From positions 1 to 47,301 of the IMG/VR virus record IMGVR_UViG_3300028840_007436: a stretch of 47,301 nucleotides of DNA; one strand, given 5' to 3'. The position numbers and the translations under genes were made by a program. Shown piece after piece: positions 19,249 through 29,920 of the stretch. This stretch comes from a virus (Duplodnaviria; Caudoviricetes). The notes below the pieces were generated by a model. The model saw only the letters and a list, made by a program, of their open reading frames with translations, did no database searches and was not told the origin of the DNA. Numbering within the stretch: position 1 is the first letter of the stretch; every line of letters starts with the position of its first letter.

Positions 19249-19632
19249 GTGATGGAAAAAACAATAGGATGGAGAAAAATAAGAGCTAAGTACAAGAGCA
19301 AATGCTTCCAGTGTAGTAAATCTCTGAGTGTTGGGGATAAGGTATATTACAACAAAGAGGATCTCAGTGAAGAGACACGGTTAAAACGTAGGCCCGAGAG
19401 TTTTATCTGTTGTACTGATTGCTATGATAAGTACTATAGAGGTCGGCAAGATAAAGATGTTGGCTTAAAAATAGATGAATTAATAGTAGAGGAGGGTGAG
19501 GCAGCCGCATTAAAAGGTCTGGTAGAAAAGGCTTATAGGGAGCCATCTGCGGTTTATGATCCTGAGAAACAGAATTGTAAAAAAGATATGGGATCGTTAG
19601 AGTATATTAAATCTAAGGCGCAGTTTGTTTAG
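19249..19632 (+). CDS. Zinc-finger hypothetical protein
   Basis: AKYKSKCFQC...CTDC. Confidence 0.6.
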   Translation: MMEKTIGWRKIRAKYKSKCFQCSKSLSVGDKVYYNKEDLSEETRLKRRPESFICCTDCYDKYYRGRQDKDVGLKIDELIVEEGEAAALKGLVEKAYREPSAVYDPEKQNCKKDMGSLEYIKSKAQFV

Positions 19633-19641
19633 GGGGCAAAG

Positions 19642-22600
19642 ATGATACATTGTCACAGCGAATACAGCCCTCTTGATGGCTTAGCAAGGGTTGAAGAGAT
19701 TGCAGAAAGACAATTGGAGCTTGGCTATCCGTTTGTATCAGTCACAGATCATGCAAGTATTAGTGCCATGACAGAGGTGTTCGTTGAGTCAGAAAAGAGA
19801 CATCTCAAGCCTATTATTGGCTGTGAGTTTTATCTGGTAGACGATATAGAACCCGATAAAAATGAGCAACGCTATCATCTGACTGTTTTGGCTAAGAATT
19901 GGTCAGGTGTTAAATCAATAATGAAACAATTGACGTTAGCGAATCAGCAATTTTATAAAAGGCCAAGATTGTCGTTTAAACAGGCCTTAGACTTCCAAGA
20001 TTGCATTATTTCTTCGGCTTGTTGTGTTGGTATTCTGTCGAGGCCAAACTATCAATCTCTGGCCACTCAGTTCGTTAGACAGTACAAGAATGACTTTTTT
20101 CTGGAACTCATGCCTCATGTTGTGATGGATTCAAAACAGCCAGGTAAAGACCTTCAGAAAATTGTTAATGTGAGGGCAATTTTTTTAAACTTACGGCAGA
20201 ATATCCCTCTAATTTTCACCAATGACTCACATTATGCTTATCCCAGTGATGCTAATACTCATGATATCTTGATGTCTGTTCAGTATAATAAAAAGATTGA
20301 AGACACTGCAAGCAATAGTAAATTTTATATCAAGTCGATGGCAGAGATGAAAGAAAGTCTTGATGCCCTAAAATATATACCGACAGCGTGTATCAGCAGT
20401 GCTGCATACAACATATATAAAATTTACAGCCAGATCAATATTCATATGCCTTCTTTTTCTGTGAAACTGCCACAAATTTATGAGGATGATATGGAGGCGC
20501 TCAAGAACGCCTTAACTATAGGCTGGCAGAAAAAGATATTGTCAAAAATGAATAGAGATATCTATCACAAGAGGCTTATGCATGAGATTGGTATTATCCG
20601 AAAACTTGGCTTTGTTAGATATTTTCTGATTGTTAAGGATATTGTTGACTGGGCTAATGCCAATGGCATTATGGTAGGTCCAGGTAGAGGCAGCGCAGCG
20701 GGATCTTTAGTATGTTATCTGTTGGGAATTACTCAGGTAGACCCTATTGAATTCGGATTGTATTTTGAACGATTTTTAAATCCTGATAGAATTGATCTGC
20801 CAGACATCGATATAGATTTTCAAGATAACAGAAGACATGAGGTTTTTGATTACATTAAAAATAAATATGGTCAGGAATATACTGGTCATATAAACACTTA
20901 TTCCAGAATGGGTCTGAAAGGTGCTTTTAGAGATGTTTGTCGCGTTTATGGCAAGCATATATTAGAAGTTAATCAATTGTCTACACAGATTGAAGATGCT
21001 GAGTCTTTTGATGAGGTTTCTGCTCTTCGCAGTTTTTACAATAAATCAGACGATAACAAAAAAATAGTTGATGTTGCTATTAAGTTAGATGGCATTATCC
21101 GTCAGTGCGGTATTCATGCTGCTGGTATGATAATTTCTGCCAATCCTCTTTTAGAGAGTGGGGTACTTGAGAGACGTAAGGGAGATACTTTTGTTGTCAA
21201 TTGGGACAAGAGACAGTGTAAAAAATTTGGATTACTGAAAATGGATATTTTAGGTCTAACTACATTGTCAATGCTAAGTTATGCGAAAAAGTTAGTTAAA
21301 GATAAAACTGGCAAATCTATAAATTTTAATAAAATTCCACTTGATGATAGAAAGACCCTTGATCTGTTTAATAGCGGCAAGACGCTTGGGTGCTTTCAGT
21401 TTGAAAGTGAGTCTATCCAGTCGCTTCTAAAAGATCTTAAAATCACTCGGTTCCTGGATATAGTAGATGCTACGGCTTTGCACAGGCCAGGCAGTATGAA
21501 TTCAGGTCAGACAAGTCGCTATGTGAAAGTCACAAGTGGCCATACCTTAGAAGACTATCTGTGTCATGAATTAAAACCAATATTGGCTAAGACCAAAGGA
21601 GTAATGATCTATCAAGAGCAGATAATGCAGATATTTTCTCAGTTGGGAGGGTTTACCTGGGCAGAGTCAGATACAATGCGTAAGATAATTAGTGATTCAG
21701 CAGGTAAGACAGAGTTCAACAAATATAGGGAAAAATTTATTGCAGGATGTAAGAACAATTCTATTAGCGAATACATTGCAAAACGTCTTTTTGGTGAGAT
21801 GGCTGAATTCGCAGAATATAGCTTTAACAAGTCTCATGCTGTTTCTTACACGCTGTTGTCCTTTTGGTGTGGATATTTGAAAGCCCATTACCCTCTTGAG
21901 TTTTATGCTGCTTCGCTATCGTTTGCGTCTGAGGAAAAAGCAATTGAATTGATAGAGGAGGCTACGTTTGAGAATTTTCATGTAAGGATGCCTGACATCA
22001 ATATATCGTTTCAAAATTATACAGTTCAAGATGGCCAAATCTGCGCTCCTCTTGGCACAATTAAGGGCGTAGGCGAAAAGGCCGTAAATGAAATATTAAG
22101 GGTTAGGAAATTACTTGATCCTCCTGTATATCGATCTCTTGAGCATTTTACAGATTCTATAGCGAAAAGGATTTGCAATATTCGCATTAGGGAAAGATTG
22201 GTTCAAGCGGGAGCTTTCGAGTCTCTTGGTGTTAAAGAGTCAGATAAGATTGAGCGTGACAAACAATTGAAAGAGTTTTTGTCAATATATGTTGATCTTC
22301 CAATGATACCAGAGACAGGAAATAAAGTAAATGAAGGCCAGTATGCTCTGTTTATTTCTAAGATATCTGAATGTTCTAAGCGAAATGAAAAAAACCTTAT
22401 GAGGCCTAAGAGATTTTCTAATGCAGCGCCGATTATGGTTATTAACAACCCTGTTAAGAGTGAAACAGAGAATTTGAAAGATAGGGGCACCAGACATCTT
22501 CTGACAATATTCAAAAAGTTTGGTCTACGACAAAAGCTTTTATATTATACGTCTGTTTTTAAGTGTCATTCTGATATCAATAAGGTGCCAAAATTCTGCC

Positions 22601-22863
22601 AAGATACATGCCTTGAGCATCTGCGTGATGAGATCAACGCTGTGCAGCCAAAGTTGATATTGTGCTGCTCTGCCCAAGCCACTCAGGTTTTTGAACCTGG
22701 AAAAAAGAAAAGTAAGATAAACAATAGGATTCTCTTCAACAAGGAATTCGATTGTTATGTCTTTTTCAGCCATTCTCCGCAGTATGCATTTTACCAAATG
22801 GAAAAAGTAGGAGATGTTTTTGAAAAAAATATTAAAAAAATATCAAAAATGATAAATAAATAA
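19642..22863 (+). CDS. dnaE: DNA polymerase III alpha-like protein with a C-terminal UDG-like domain
   Basis: PHP motifs HCHSEYSPLDG, TDH, TNDSHY; GPGRGSAAGS; PDIDID; KMDILGL; FNKSHA. Confidence 0.95.
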   Translation: MIHCHSEYSPLDGLARVEEIAERQLELGYPFVSVTDHASISAMTEVFVESEKRHLKPIIGCEFYLVDDIEPDKNEQRYHLTVLAKNWSGVKSIMKQLTLANQQFYKRPRLSFKQALDFQDCIISSACCVGILSRPNYQSLATQFVRQYKNDFFLELMPHVVMDSKQPGKDLQKIVNVRAIFLNLRQNIPLIFTNDSHYAYPSDANTHDILMSVQYNKKIEDTASNSKFYIKSMAEMKESLDALKYIPTACISSAAYNIYKIYSQINIHMPSFSVKLPQIYEDDMEALKNALTIGWQKKILSKMNRDIYHKRLMHEIGIIRKLGFVRYFLIVKDIVDWANANGIMVGPGRGSAAGSLVCYLLGITQVDPIEFGLYFERFLNPDRIDLPDIDIDFQDNRRHEVFDYIKNKYGQEYTGHINTYSRMGLKGAFRDVCRVYGKHILEVNQLSTQIEDAESFDEVSALRSFYNKSDDNKKIVDVAIKLDGIIRQCGIHAAGMIISANPLLESGVLERRKGDTFVVNWDKRQCKKFGLLKMDILGLTTLSMLSYAKKLVKDKTGKSINFNKIPLDDRKTLDLFNSGKTLGCFQFESESIQSLLKDLKITRFLDIVDATALHRPGSMNSGQTSRYVKVTSGHTLEDYLCHELKPILAKTKGVMIYQEQIMQIFSQLGGFTWAESDTMRKIISDSAGKTEFNKYREKFIAGCKNNSISEYIAKRLFGEMAEFAEYSFNKSHAVSYTLLSFWCGYLKAHYPLEFYAASLSFASEEKAIELIEEATFENFHVRMPDINISFQNYTVQDGQICAPLGTIKGVGEKAVNEILRVRKLLDPPVYRSLEHFTDSIAKRICNIRIRERLVQAGAFESLGVKESDKIERDKQLKEFLSIYVDLPMIPETGNKVNEGQYALFISKISECSKRNEKNLMRPKRFSNAAPIMVINNPVKSETENLKDRGTRHLLTIFKKFGLRQKLLYYTSVFKCHSDINKVPKFCQDTCLEHLRDEINAVQPKLILCCSAQATQVFEPGKKKSKINNRILFNKEFDCYVFFSHSPQYAFYQMEKVGDVFEKNIKKISKMINK

Positions 22864-22873
22864 AGGTGCTTAT

Positions 22874-23317
22874 ATGAATTGCACAATAAGTAAAAAAATT
22901 GAAGACTTGACAGGTAAAAAGTTCGGGCTTCTGACAGTTATAAGGCGAGACGATGAGCATTCGTCTGATAGAAATGTAAAATGGATCTGTAGGTGCGAGT
23001 GTGGCACTGAGATTTCTAGATACGGTTTCCGTCTGCCAACTTATAAGGTGCCAGCCTGTCCAGTTTGTAAGAGTAAGATTATGAGTAAGTCTAAACATCC
23101 TCTGTATTTTACCTATTATAGGTTGCCAAAGGATCAGACATGCCAAGAATGGTTAGATTCGTTTGAAAAATTCTCAAACGATATGGGCAGTAAAAAGAAA
23201 GGACAGATGTTATCCAGGAAAGATAAGGAAAAGCCGTATTGTAAGGACAATTGTTTTTGGGAAGACACTTGGAGAACCTGGGAATATAAAAAAAATCAAA
23301 ATGAAAGGAGAGACTAA
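22874..23317 (+). CDS. Degenerate HNH-type homing-endonuclease-like protein
   Basis: DLTGKKFGLLTV, WICRCECG, CQEWLDSFEKF..DMG, LSRKD...YCKDNCFW. Confidence 0.65.
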   Translation: MNCTISKKIEDLTGKKFGLLTVIRRDDEHSSDRNVKWICRCECGTEISRYGFRLPTYKVPACPVCKSKIMSKSKHPLYFTYYRLPKDQTCQEWLDSFEKFSNDMGSKKKGQMLSRKDKEKPYCKDNCFWEDTWRTWEYKKNQNERRD

Positions 23318-23760
23318 TGACAGAGAAGACAGAAAAATTCATGGAGACTAAGATTGATGAAAACGATTTAGACACTGAGTTATCTGAACAAGCAAGTCGT
23401 TTTTTGTTCGCTGCTCAAAAACATGCTCAGGCACAGGCAAGACATGATGCCTTGAAGTTAGAAAGAGACATTATTGTTGCTAAGATTGCTGAAGAGCTTA
23501 GATTTGCTGCGGAAAAAGACAAGCGTAAGATCTCTGAAGCGTTTATTGATAAACAGGTTAACCTTGATGAGCGATATCAAAATATACGTTCACAGATTAT
23601 CAAGTCTAGAGTGCAGCGGGATTATATGAGAGCAACAGAAAGAGCAATGTTCCAGCGCAAAGATATGTTAATCCAAATGGCCATAAGTCGTAGAGGGGAG
23701 TTGGAGACAATGGTTTCTGATTCTGTTAAGGGAGCTTCTGAGGAATATTGTATTGCGTAA
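23317..23760 (+). CDS. Helical protein, possibly a UvsY-like recombination mediator
   Basis: KISEAFIDKQV..DERY...FQRKDML; lies next to SSB and RecA. Confidence 0.45.
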   Translation: MTEKTEKFMETKIDENDLDTELSEQASRFLFAAQKHAQAQARHDALKLERDIIVAKIAEELRFAAEKDKRKISEAFIDKQVNLDERYQNIRSQIIKSRVQRDYMRATERAMFQRKDMLIQMAISRRGELETMVSDSVKGASEEYCIA

Positions 23761-23806
23761 AAAGCTTTTTACTCGGTAAAGGTAGAATTTAACTGGTAAA
23801 ATTATT

Positions 23807-23841
23807 TTGCCAAATAAATCTTTATGTTATCAAATAATATA
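23807..23841 (+). promoter_or_regulatory. Phage-specific promoter-like motif
   Basis: TTGCCAAATAAATCTTTATGTTATCAAATAATATA. Confidence 0.6.
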
Positions 23842-23892
23842 TGAGTGATTAAATTAATCGATTAGTTATTTTAATTGTTTTCAATTAAACAA

Positions 23893-23914
23893 GTCATGGA
23901 AAATTTTCCATAAC
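23893..23914. repeat. Dispersed palindrome copy 8 (one mismatch)
   Basis: GTCATGGAAAATTTTCCATAAC. Confidence 0.9.
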
Positions 23915-23928
23915 TTTAAATCAAAAAA

Positions 23929-24882
23929 ATGGAGGTAATTATGTCTACAGGTACAGAAATGATAATTAAAGACGAAGCGATGCTGGAAAGAATTATGTCT
24001 TTCAAGAAAAAAGATGATGTTGTCAGTGATTCTCAGAGAATTCCTGATCTACGAATTAACTACAATGAGGATTCAAAGCATCCTCTCGGAAAATGGGTGC
24101 TTGGCCAAAAAACAGATCAAGATGGCAATCTTGTCGATGATGGCTTTCTTGTCCAGAATATCGCTATTCTGACTATGCGAAAACGGTTTATTTATTTCGA
24201 TCAGGACAACATGAAAAACAATTGTCAGAGCAATTATTTTGTCGCTTACGATGAGTCCCGTAAAGGCTCTAAATACGGGCCTTGTGATAGTTCTTGCCAG
24301 TATCGCAGTCGAGATAGGAAGTCATATTGTCGCTGTGCGATAGATGTTTTCTGTTTGGCTTTTGTTGGTGACAAATCAATTGAGTGCATTATGAGGATTA
24401 AAGGGGCTAATTTCATGCCCTTTGAAGACTGGGTAAAGAAGGCCATTAAAATCAGAACATCAAATGGCTTGGTTGAGGTGCCGCCTTTCTCTTTCCTGAC
24501 ACATCTGAAAGAGACGACAAAGGAAAAGAACGGAAGCGTGACTTATTATGTTGGCAATTATGAAAGAGGCAAGATGTTCGGACTTGAAAATATAGAGAAG
24601 TTAGCGGTTAAGCGTGATAATGCGCTTGTATATATTGATTCTTATAATCGTAGCCATGCAGATGCTTTGGAGAATAAAAAAGAATCAGCATCTTTTTCCC
24701 AGTCTATGCCAGAAATTTCAGAAACTGAAAAGACAAGTGTTCTCAGCAACGATGAGTCTGAAGTTTTTGATGCATCGGAGTCAGAGGATATATCGGAGTC
24801 AGAGGATATAAGTGTTGGCGCAGATGATTTTGATATCGAAAAAAGTCTGGCAGCCGCTCTTAAGGAAGATATTATGGTTTAG
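23929..24882 (+). CDS. Probable single-stranded DNA-binding protein
   Basis: beta-rich core, long acidic C-terminal tail, upstream of recA; probable start 23941. Confidence 0.55.
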   Translation: MEVIMSTGTEMIIKDEAMLERIMSFKKKDDVVSDSQRIPDLRINYNEDSKHPLGKWVLGQKTDQDGNLVDDGFLVQNIAILTMRKRFIYFDQDNMKNNCQSNYFVAYDESRKGSKYGPCDSSCQYRSRDRKSYCRCAIDVFCLAFVGDKSIECIMRIKGANFMPFEDWVKKAIKIRTSNGLVEVPPFSFLTHLKETTKEKNGSVTYYVGNYERGKMFGLENIEKLAVKRDNALVYIDSYNRSHADALENKKESASFSQSMPEISETEKTSVLSNDESEVFDASESEDISESEDISVGADDFDIEKSLAAALKEDIMV

Positions 24883-24898
24883 GGAGGGTTGATAACCA

Positions 24899-25861
24899 AT
24901 GAGTTTTATAGATCAAATCTACAAAACTATCGGAGAGAACGATTGCAATCAAGATGTCTCTGACTGGTTATCAACAGGATATCTCCCACTGAATCAATCT
25001 CTCAGTGGGAGTTACTCTGGAGGCTTCCCAGTCGGGCGCTTAACAGAAATTTACGGAAGCGAGAGTAGTGGTAAGACGCTTCTTGCAACTATGGCATTGA
25101 TTGAAACACAGAAAAAGAACGGTTTAGCGATTTTCCTCGATTATGAACATGCGTTTTCTCTGAAACGGGCTAAGACACTTGGCTTGTCTGACGATAAAAA
25201 AAAATTCATCTATAAACAGCCTGATTCTGCGGAAGAGGGCTTTTCAATGTTGGACAAGATTGTAAAAATTGTTCGCAAGGATCAGCCAGATAAGTTTGTT
25301 ACTGTTATTGTTGATTCAGTAGCTTCTATGATCACTATGGAGGAACTGGCAGCGTCTTATGAGAATGGGAACATGAAGACCCGTCTGAGTTTGGCGGCAG
25401 TGATGAGTTCCAGCTTGAAACAGTTGTCTAAGATGGTCAGCAAAAGCAACATAACTCTGATTTTCCTAAATCAGACCCGTTCTAATCCAGGCGTTATTTA
25501 TGGCGAAAAAGAGAAGACTTCTGGTGGCAATGCACTCAAATTTTTTGCCTCTGTCAGAGTTAAACTGACAAAAAAGCAAAAAATTAAAAGTGGAGACACT
25601 ATCATTGGGGAAAATGTAGAAGCTACTGTGGTGAAAAACAAGGTTTATATCCCATATGAGAAAGCAACATATATTAGCAGTTTTAAGGTAGGGATTGATC
25701 TTGTGGCCAGTCATGTGGATGCTTTGCATGAAAAGAAGATGTTAGGATCTGCGGCAGGCTGGATGGAGTTTGAGGGCAAGAAATACCGTAGAGCGCAGTT
25801 GATAGAGAAATTCAACAAGGATTCAGAACTATACAAAAAGGCATTAATAATGTTCAAATGA
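24899..25861 (+). CDS. recA: RecA/UvsX-like recombinase
   Basis: GRLTEIYGSESSGKT, IVDSVA, FLNQTR, SGGNALKFFASVR, VKNKV. Confidence 0.95.
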   Translation: MSFIDQIYKTIGENDCNQDVSDWLSTGYLPLNQSLSGSYSGGFPVGRLTEIYGSESSGKTLLATMALIETQKKNGLAIFLDYEHAFSLKRAKTLGLSDDKKKFIYKQPDSAEEGFSMLDKIVKIVRKDQPDKFVTVIVDSVASMITMEELAASYENGNMKTRLSLAAVMSSSLKQLSKMVSKSNITLIFLNQTRSNPGVIYGEKEKTSGGNALKFFASVRVKLTKKQKIKSGDTIIGENVEATVVKNKVYIPYEKATYISSFKVGIDLVASHVDALHEKKMLGSAAGWMEFEGKKYRRAQLIEKFNKDSELYKKALIMFK

Positions 25862-25875
25862 TTGCAGAAAAAAAG

Positions 25876-25897
25876 GGTATGGAAAATTTTCCATATC
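25876..25897. repeat. Dispersed palindrome copy 9 (variant)
   Basis: GGTATGGAAAATTTTCCATATC. Confidence 0.85.
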
Positions 25898-25933
25898 TTA
25901 TATGAACCAAAAAAAAGGGAAGGAGAAATAAAA

Positions 25934-26638
25934 ATGAAAGACCTAACAATATTCGATTATGAAGGAAACGAAGTAAGAACTATTATTGGTGAAGACGGTG
26001 AACCTTGGTGGGTAGCTAAAGATGTTTGTGATATTCTTGAACTTGGTCACATTACCCAAGCGTTAAAAGGTTTGGAAGAAGAAGACCTGACTGTAACAAA
26101 GTTACAGTCAGGTGGACAAATTAGAGAAATGAAGATTATTAACGAGCCAGGTCTTTATACGCTTATTCTCAGGTCTAACAAACCAGAGGCAAAAAAATTC
26201 CGTAAGTGGATTACTAAGGAAGTCCTGCCGTCAATCAGGAAGACGGGTTCTTATTCAACCAAGCCGCTTTCAATGTCTGAACAAATTTTAATGCAGGCTC
26301 AGATGCTTGTTGCACTTGAAAAGGAACAAATTGAAACCAGAAGAGAACAGGAAAAGTTGAAGGCCGATCAACTTAAAATCAGCCACGAAGTAGATGCTAT
26401 AAAACATAAAATCAAAGATGATCCAGGATATTTTGCTATTACAGGTTATGCAAATATTTACGATGTTTCTATTGATGCTGAGATGGCTAAATACCTGGGA
26501 AAAAGTGCATCTTCTCTGTCCAGAGAAAGAGGTGTCCATATTTCCAGAGTTAAACATGGTCGCTGGGGCTATGTGAATGCTTATCACGAATTAATATTGA
26601 AAGACGTTTTTGATGAGTTTTTTGAGGGTGTGGTGTAA
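25934..26638 (+). CDS. BRO-N domain antirepressor-like protein
   Basis: GEPWWVAKDVC, INEPGLYTLILRSNKPEAKKFRKW..EVLPSIRKTGSY; AGGAG RBS before 25934. Confidence 0.9.
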   Translation: MKDLTIFDYEGNEVRTIIGEDGEPWWVAKDVCDILELGHITQALKGLEEEDLTVTKLQSGGQIREMKIINEPGLYTLILRSNKPEAKKFRKWITKEVLPSIRKTGSYSTKPLSMSEQILMQAQMLVALEKEQIETRREQEKLKADQLKISHEVDAIKHKIKDDPGYFAITGYANIYDVSIDAEMAKYLGKSASSLSRERGVHISRVKHGRWGYVNAYHELILKDVFDEFFEGVV

Positions 26639-26700
26639 ATTAAACAGTTACTTAATTTAACAGGCGTAGACTCGTTCTGCGCCTTTAGGGAGAAATAGAA

Positions 26701-27753
26701 ATGGGGAAAGTTTTGGTTGTATCAGACCCACACTTCCATAATCACAAGGTCCATTCTTTCAATAAAGAGGGAGTCAACAGCCGTCTGTATTTTATTGAAC
26801 AGGCTTGGGATAACGCTGTTGAGGTGGGTAAGTTAAAAGGTTGTTCGTTGATGTTAGTGGCAGGAGACATCTTTCATATAAGGGGGTTTATTAAGCCGTC
26901 TGTATTCAACAGGGTTGTTAACCTTATTGCCAGAACCGCTGAAATATTTCCTGTTATTATAATTCCTGGCAATCATGACCAGGAATCTTATCAAGTTGGT
27001 GAGTCTGCAATAGATTCGTTATCTTATGTCAAAGATGTTTATGTGATTAAGAAACCATCTGCATTGACTGTGAGGGGTATTAGGATACTTGGTATTCCAT
27101 ATATTCATGAGATTGAGGATTTTAAATTGACGTTTTTAAGTTTGAAGACAGAGTTTTCTGAATCAGAGTCCTCTGATATTTTTTTAATCCATCAGGGAAT
27201 TGATGACTTTTGCTTTGGCCGATATCCCGAAACAGGATTGACTTCAGAAGCGCTCAGAAGCGTTTTCTCTGGTTTTATTGTTGCAGGGCATTACCATACA
27301 CCAGGGAAAGATGAAAGTGGCAGAATTATTCAATCTGGAAGTCTGGTGCAGGATAATTTTGGTGATTCTGGAGCAAGAGGCTGTTGGATACTTGATACAA
27401 AAAAACAAACATCTCAATTCATAGAGATTGAGTCACCAAGATTTCTTACGATTACAGATGGGAAAGCCAAATCAGTGTCTGAGGTGAAAGATAACTATGT
27501 TCGCATTATCCACAAGAGTCCATCTACAGCAAAAAAGATTAGAGACAAGTGTATTAAAGAAGGTGCATTATCGGTTGTAGTCCAGATAGAGCGTGAGTTT
27601 GAGTCGTTTCATGAAAAGACTGTTGAGATTTCTGGCCCAAGGCAAATGTTAGAGTCATATATTGATATTATGCCAGAATATACTGAAAACAAAGAGCATC
27701 TTTTGTCTCTTTATGACAGGATTGTCAAGGGGGAAGTATGCAGTATCGTTTGA
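26701..27753 (+). CDS. SbcD/Mre11-like metallophosphoesterase nuclease
   Basis: SDPH, AGDIFH, PGNHD, GHYH. Confidence 0.9.
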   Translation: MGKVLVVSDPHFHNHKVHSFNKEGVNSRLYFIEQAWDNAVEVGKLKGCSLMLVAGDIFHIRGFIKPSVFNRVVNLIARTAEIFPVIIIPGNHDQESYQVGESAIDSLSYVKDVYVIKKPSALTVRGIRILGIPYIHEIEDFKLTFLSLKTEFSESESSDIFLIHQGIDDFCFGRYPETGLTSEALRSVFSGFIVAGHYHTPGKDESGRIIQSGSLVQDNFGDSGARGCWILDTKKQTSQFIEIESPRFLTITDGKAKSVSEVKDNYVRIIHKSPSTAKKIRDKCIKEGALSVVVQIEREFESFHEKTVEISGPRQMLESYIDIMPEYTENKEHLLSLYDRIVKGEVCSIV

Positions 27754-27968
27754 GATATAAAAGAAGTCTGACAGTTGTGCGTGATATGAATACGTTTAGC
27801 TGTGAGTTTTGCGAAGACGGAGATGTTTTTTTGTTTATGGGCAGGGCTGATGACAATAATCAGATCGTATTGAAAAAAAAAGATACGATTTTTTTGGTTC
27901 CTGCATATACTCTAAAATGTGACTTCGATCTTGTTCCAGAGATCAGTAAAGATGCGGAGTGGGCATAA
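27738..27968 (+). CDS. Hypothetical protein
   Basis: 76 aa; overlaps both neighbours. Confidence 0.45.
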   Translation: MQYRLRYKRSLTVVRDMNTFSCEFCEDGDVFLFMGRADDNNQIVLKKKDTIFLVPAYTLKCDFDLVPEISKDAEWA

Positions 27969-29896
27969 TGAAAATAGAAAGATTAACGATAGATAATTTT
28001 TTAGGAATTACCTTTGGTGAGGTTTCTTTTGACAAATCAGGCGTTTGTTTTGTTGAGGGAATCAACAGAGATTCAACAACTGCAACTAGCAATGGGTCTG
28101 GCAAGAGCTCAATATTTGAAGCGCTTTTTTGGAGCCTCTATGGGCAGACAAAACGAGGCTTAAAGGGAGATGATGTTATTCATAAAAACTCAAAACATTG
28201 CGAAGTGGTAGTTGTTTTCAGTGTTGCTCAGAATAAGTATGCAATTACAAGGGCTAAGAATCGCAAAGGTCAGGCGCATCTGAATCTTGTTGAGTATGCA
28301 GCAGGTGGGAAAGTTATTCCTTTGTCAAAGGGGACTGTTAAAGATACTCAGGCAGCTATTGAAGATATAGTTAAAATAAGCGCTCTAACTTTTTCCAAGA
28401 TGGCTTACTTTGGTCAATCGGATATTAAACCGTTTGCCAGCCTTACTGATAAAGAGCTTAAAGAGGTGTTTGAGCAAGCGCTTGGCCTGACTGTTTTGAC
28501 AGATCAACAAAATAAAATAAAAGGCTTTTTGACAGGTTTGGAATCTGTTGTGTCGTCTGAAGATAGAACAGAGCAGGGATTGAAAAATGAGATAGATTCG
28601 TTATCTACAAAAAAGGAATACTTGGAAAAACTCATTTCAGAGATTGCTGAGAAGAAAAAAGATGAACATGGTAAATTAATGCATAATCTTACCCAGTGTA
28701 AATCAGAGGTGGAAAAATTAAAGGGGTTTATTGATGACACTAACGTACAGGTTGCAGGTGTTCAGTCAGCTCTTGAGTCTATTGATTTTAAAAAACATAA
28801 AAACCAGATGGCTGCTTTTGTTGATTATCGGGACAAGCATAAAGAGATGTTGTCTAAAATTAATTTTCAGATTACCAATATGCTTTCAGAGCTTGATAAA
28901 ACTAAAGAGGCTTTGTCGTCTTTGAAACCTGGAGATGTCTGCATGACTTGCCACAGGGAATTTAGTGAATCAGATGTTTCAGTTGCTGGCTCTCGTTATA
29001 AAGACAGTATCGAGGAGTACAAAAAGGCTTTGCTTAATTTTTCTGCAACAAAAACTAAAATGCAAAAAAAGATTGTTAGCCTTTCTGAATCGATTAAAAA
29101 ATATGACGTGAAGGTTGATTTGGCAAGGAGCCAATATTCGGACAGGATGTCTCTGAAAGGCAAGTTAGAATCAGAAATATATAGTGCAAAAAGACGTATT
29201 GACAGCTTGCTTGTCCAAATATCAAACAATGAAAAAGAATTAGACAGTATTGATGAGCGCTATTCCTCTTATGAGCCAGAATTAAAAGGTGTTGTTGCTG
29301 AGTTGGAGGTTAAGGAAAAGGATTTGAAGGCATTAGAGGGGCGCAGAAACGTTATTCTCGCAGATATTAAAACAGGGAAGGTGTTAGAGTTTATATTCAG
29401 TAATTCTGGTCTAAAATCGTATATCTGTGATCATATTACCCCTGCCCTCAATAAGGTTATCAATCAATACATGCAGATTCTTGATCCTGATATAGAAATA
29501 GAGATCTCAACGATCAAAAAACTAAAGTCAGGTGAGTATCGAGACAAATTCTCAATAAGTGTTATCAATCAAAACGGCGCTGCTAAATATGAGGGGAACT
29601 CTGGAGGGGAGATGTCTAAGATTAATTTCGCTATTGCTTTAGCGTTCAATAATATAGTCAGAACAATAGCGGAATCTGAAATTAATTTTGTGTTTCTTGA
29701 TGAAGTTACAGAATCTTTGGACAGTGCAGGGATTGAAAGCGCATTTGATCTGATTCAATCCATTGATATAGATAATGTCTTTCTTGTGACGCATCTTAAA
29801 GAATTTGGTGGTTTGGTGTCAGATAAAATAACTGTTGTTAAGGAAAATGGATCAGCTTTTATCAATGGCAGGGTTGCAATTTCTAAAGCAGCATGA
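27959..29896 (+). CDS. SbcC/Rad50-like ABC ATPase
   Basis: NGSGKSS, coiled coil with CMTC zinc hook, SGGE, FLDE, LVTH. Confidence 0.92.
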   Translation: MGIMKIERLTIDNFLGITFGEVSFDKSGVCFVEGINRDSTTATSNGSGKSSIFEALFWSLYGQTKRGLKGDDVIHKNSKHCEVVVVFSVAQNKYAITRAKNRKGQAHLNLVEYAAGGKVIPLSKGTVKDTQAAIEDIVKISALTFSKMAYFGQSDIKPFASLTDKELKEVFEQALGLTVLTDQQNKIKGFLTGLESVVSSEDRTEQGLKNEIDSLSTKKEYLEKLISEIAEKKKDEHGKLMHNLTQCKSEVEKLKGFIDDTNVQVAGVQSALESIDFKKHKNQMAAFVDYRDKHKEMLSKINFQITNMLSELDKTKEALSSLKPGDVCMTCHREFSESDVSVAGSRYKDSIEEYKKALLNFSATKTKMQKKIVSLSESIKKYDVKVDLARSQYSDRMSLKGKLESEIYSAKRRIDSLLVQISNNEKELDSIDERYSSYEPELKGVVAELEVKEKDLKALEGRRNVILADIKTGKVLEFIFSNSGLKSYICDHITPALNKVINQYMQILDPDIEIEISTIKKLKSGEYRDKFSISVINQNGAAKYEGNSGGEMSKINFAIALAFNNIVRTIAESEINFVFLDEVTESLDSAGIESAFDLIQSIDIDNVFLVTHLKEFGGLVSDKITVVKENGSAFINGRVAISKAA

Positions 29897-29920
29897 TAAT
29901 TAATAGATTAGTTAGTTTAA

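Noticed and set aside
24773-24810. 18-bp tandem duplication in the SSB acidic tail
   Set aside because: Ordinary in-frame slippage in a low-complexity region
25862-25933. N-terminal extension of the BRO protein across a palindrome
   Set aside because: The strong RBS and the domain start indicate the ATG at 25934, so the palindrome is intergenic
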